Below are positions 62,601-64,000 of a stretch of DNA of 64,000 nucleotides, piece after piece; within the stretch, counting starts at the first letter, position 1; every line of letters starts with the position of its first letter. A model generated the notes under the pieces. That model saw only the letters and a program-made list of their open reading frames with translations, did not search any database and was not told the DNA's origin. The position numbers were made by a program, and so were the translations under genes. Origin of the DNA: Paraspadella gotoi (Eukaryota > Animalia > Chaetognatha); contig CM119267.1 of the NCBI GenBank assembly GCA_051294375.1, positions 26,624,872 to 26,688,871 on the forward strand. The letters run 5' to 3'.

Positions 62601-64000
62601 TTTTAACTGAAAAAGATTATAACTTTTCAACCGATAATCCTTTTTAAAAATTTGTTCATCAAAACTCATATCTCTTTATACTATTGGCCACAATTTCTTT
62701 TTTTATTCTTTCACAAACATTAATTAAAATATTTTTTTTGTGTATATTTTCTTTTTCGTTGTGTTTTGAATTTAGGGAAAAAACAAAATTGTCAATATAA
62801 TTCGTTGTAAAAGAATTCAAAAACTTTTTTTTCCCTAAACATTTTTTTTTAATTTAACAAAAAATTTCCAAAACAATGTTTTTTAATAAAATTTTACTTG
62901 GTAAAACATCAACTTAATCTAGAATACGAGGTATGTTACATAGTCAATTTTTTCCACTCTACAAGATAGATTGGGTTTCATTTCTCTAGCAATAAAGCTT
63001 TAAAAAATATTGATCAAAAAGTCCATTTTTTACTATTTTTTGTGATTTTTTCAGAGTTGGCAGCATTTACTGTAAATTTTTTTTCACAAAAATGTTCAAA
63101 ATATTTCTATGATGTATGGTAGACACATTTGAATCCGACAAAGTTTTAATTAGAACATTTAAAGCTCAATCTACTAGCACGGATTCCACCGAACTTCAAT
63201 ATCCAGCTCAATCACATACTTCCTACTCACACCACAAAATTTCATTCCAATCCTCCATTCCAATCATGAGTAATTGGAGATTCATTTGTTCATTGGGGAC
63301 GGATGGTACACGAAGACAGACATGACCTTTTTTTTCGGCAATAATTTTTCATAATTCGATGTTCTGACATGATATAAGTGAATGGCCCGACAATATAGGG
63401 CGGGCGGGGACCGACGGACCGAATTCATTACGAGTCGCGATCTTGCTTGAATAAGCAGATCGACTATTAAGAATATTTAATGTTAATTAAGGGAAATTAA
63501 ACAAATAATAAAAAAGGTTGGTCATGCATCTAAAATACCACAATCCCTATAACGTAATAAGTGAAGGGCAATCGACTCGGAAGTAAAGGAATAAAGAAAG
63601 AGAAAAAAGAGCCTGAAGAACAATAAAGAGTTGAGAATCCCGCAAAGAATTGGAGATTTCCCCAGAAATCCACTTTTCATCCTGAAACTACCACAAAATA
63701 GAAAACACTTTTTAAGTATGACAGGTTAATGTCTGTACCGTAAGATATCGTTCAGACGTTGAAGGAAAGAAACAAGTTGATTAACAAAATAAATACATTA
63801 AAATGTCGTCAATCATAATGAAAAAGTTCGGATTATGCGCGGACTTTTTTCGTGGACGCATTTTCCCGTGATCACTGTGACTATAATTTACGAAATTGTC
63901 ACAGACAAAGATAATTATTCATGAAATAAAGCAGAATAGTTTTTAAAATAGCACGATATTCTTGTAAAAAAAAAATTTATATTGTTATTAAATGAACCGA

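Overview
AT-rich, repeat-dense eukaryotic (animal-like) genomic DNA. It holds two clearly recognisable spliced genes on the + strand: a complete 5-exon LAMP-family lysosomal membrane glycoprotein gene (2236-22940, C-terminal GYQTV) and the 5' half (8 exons, 24349-41456) of PIGN/MCD4 GPI ethanolamine phosphate transferase 1. There is also a probable terminal exon of an unidentified upstream gene (1172-1873). Introns are either tiny (63-144 nt) or huge (1.5 to >22 kb) and are filled with nested non-autonomous elements: three Helentron/HINE-like families, hAT-like elements with 8-bp TSDs, a Tc1/mariner-like foldback, TTAA-flanked elements, a solo LTR and a tRNA-derived SINE. The most striking signal is a family of 0.2-1.8 kb insertions, mostly palindromic, capped by outward-facing minimal hammerhead ribozymes (16 near-complete motifs plus 2 fragments, with covarying stem II). 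Several carry 13-15 bp TSDs, a conserved ORF C-terminus and a recurrent inversion breakpoint at a GCTCA(T)nGAGC hairpin. They are best read as 5'-truncated Penelope-like retroelement insertions. All calls were made by eye; repeat boundaries are approximate.
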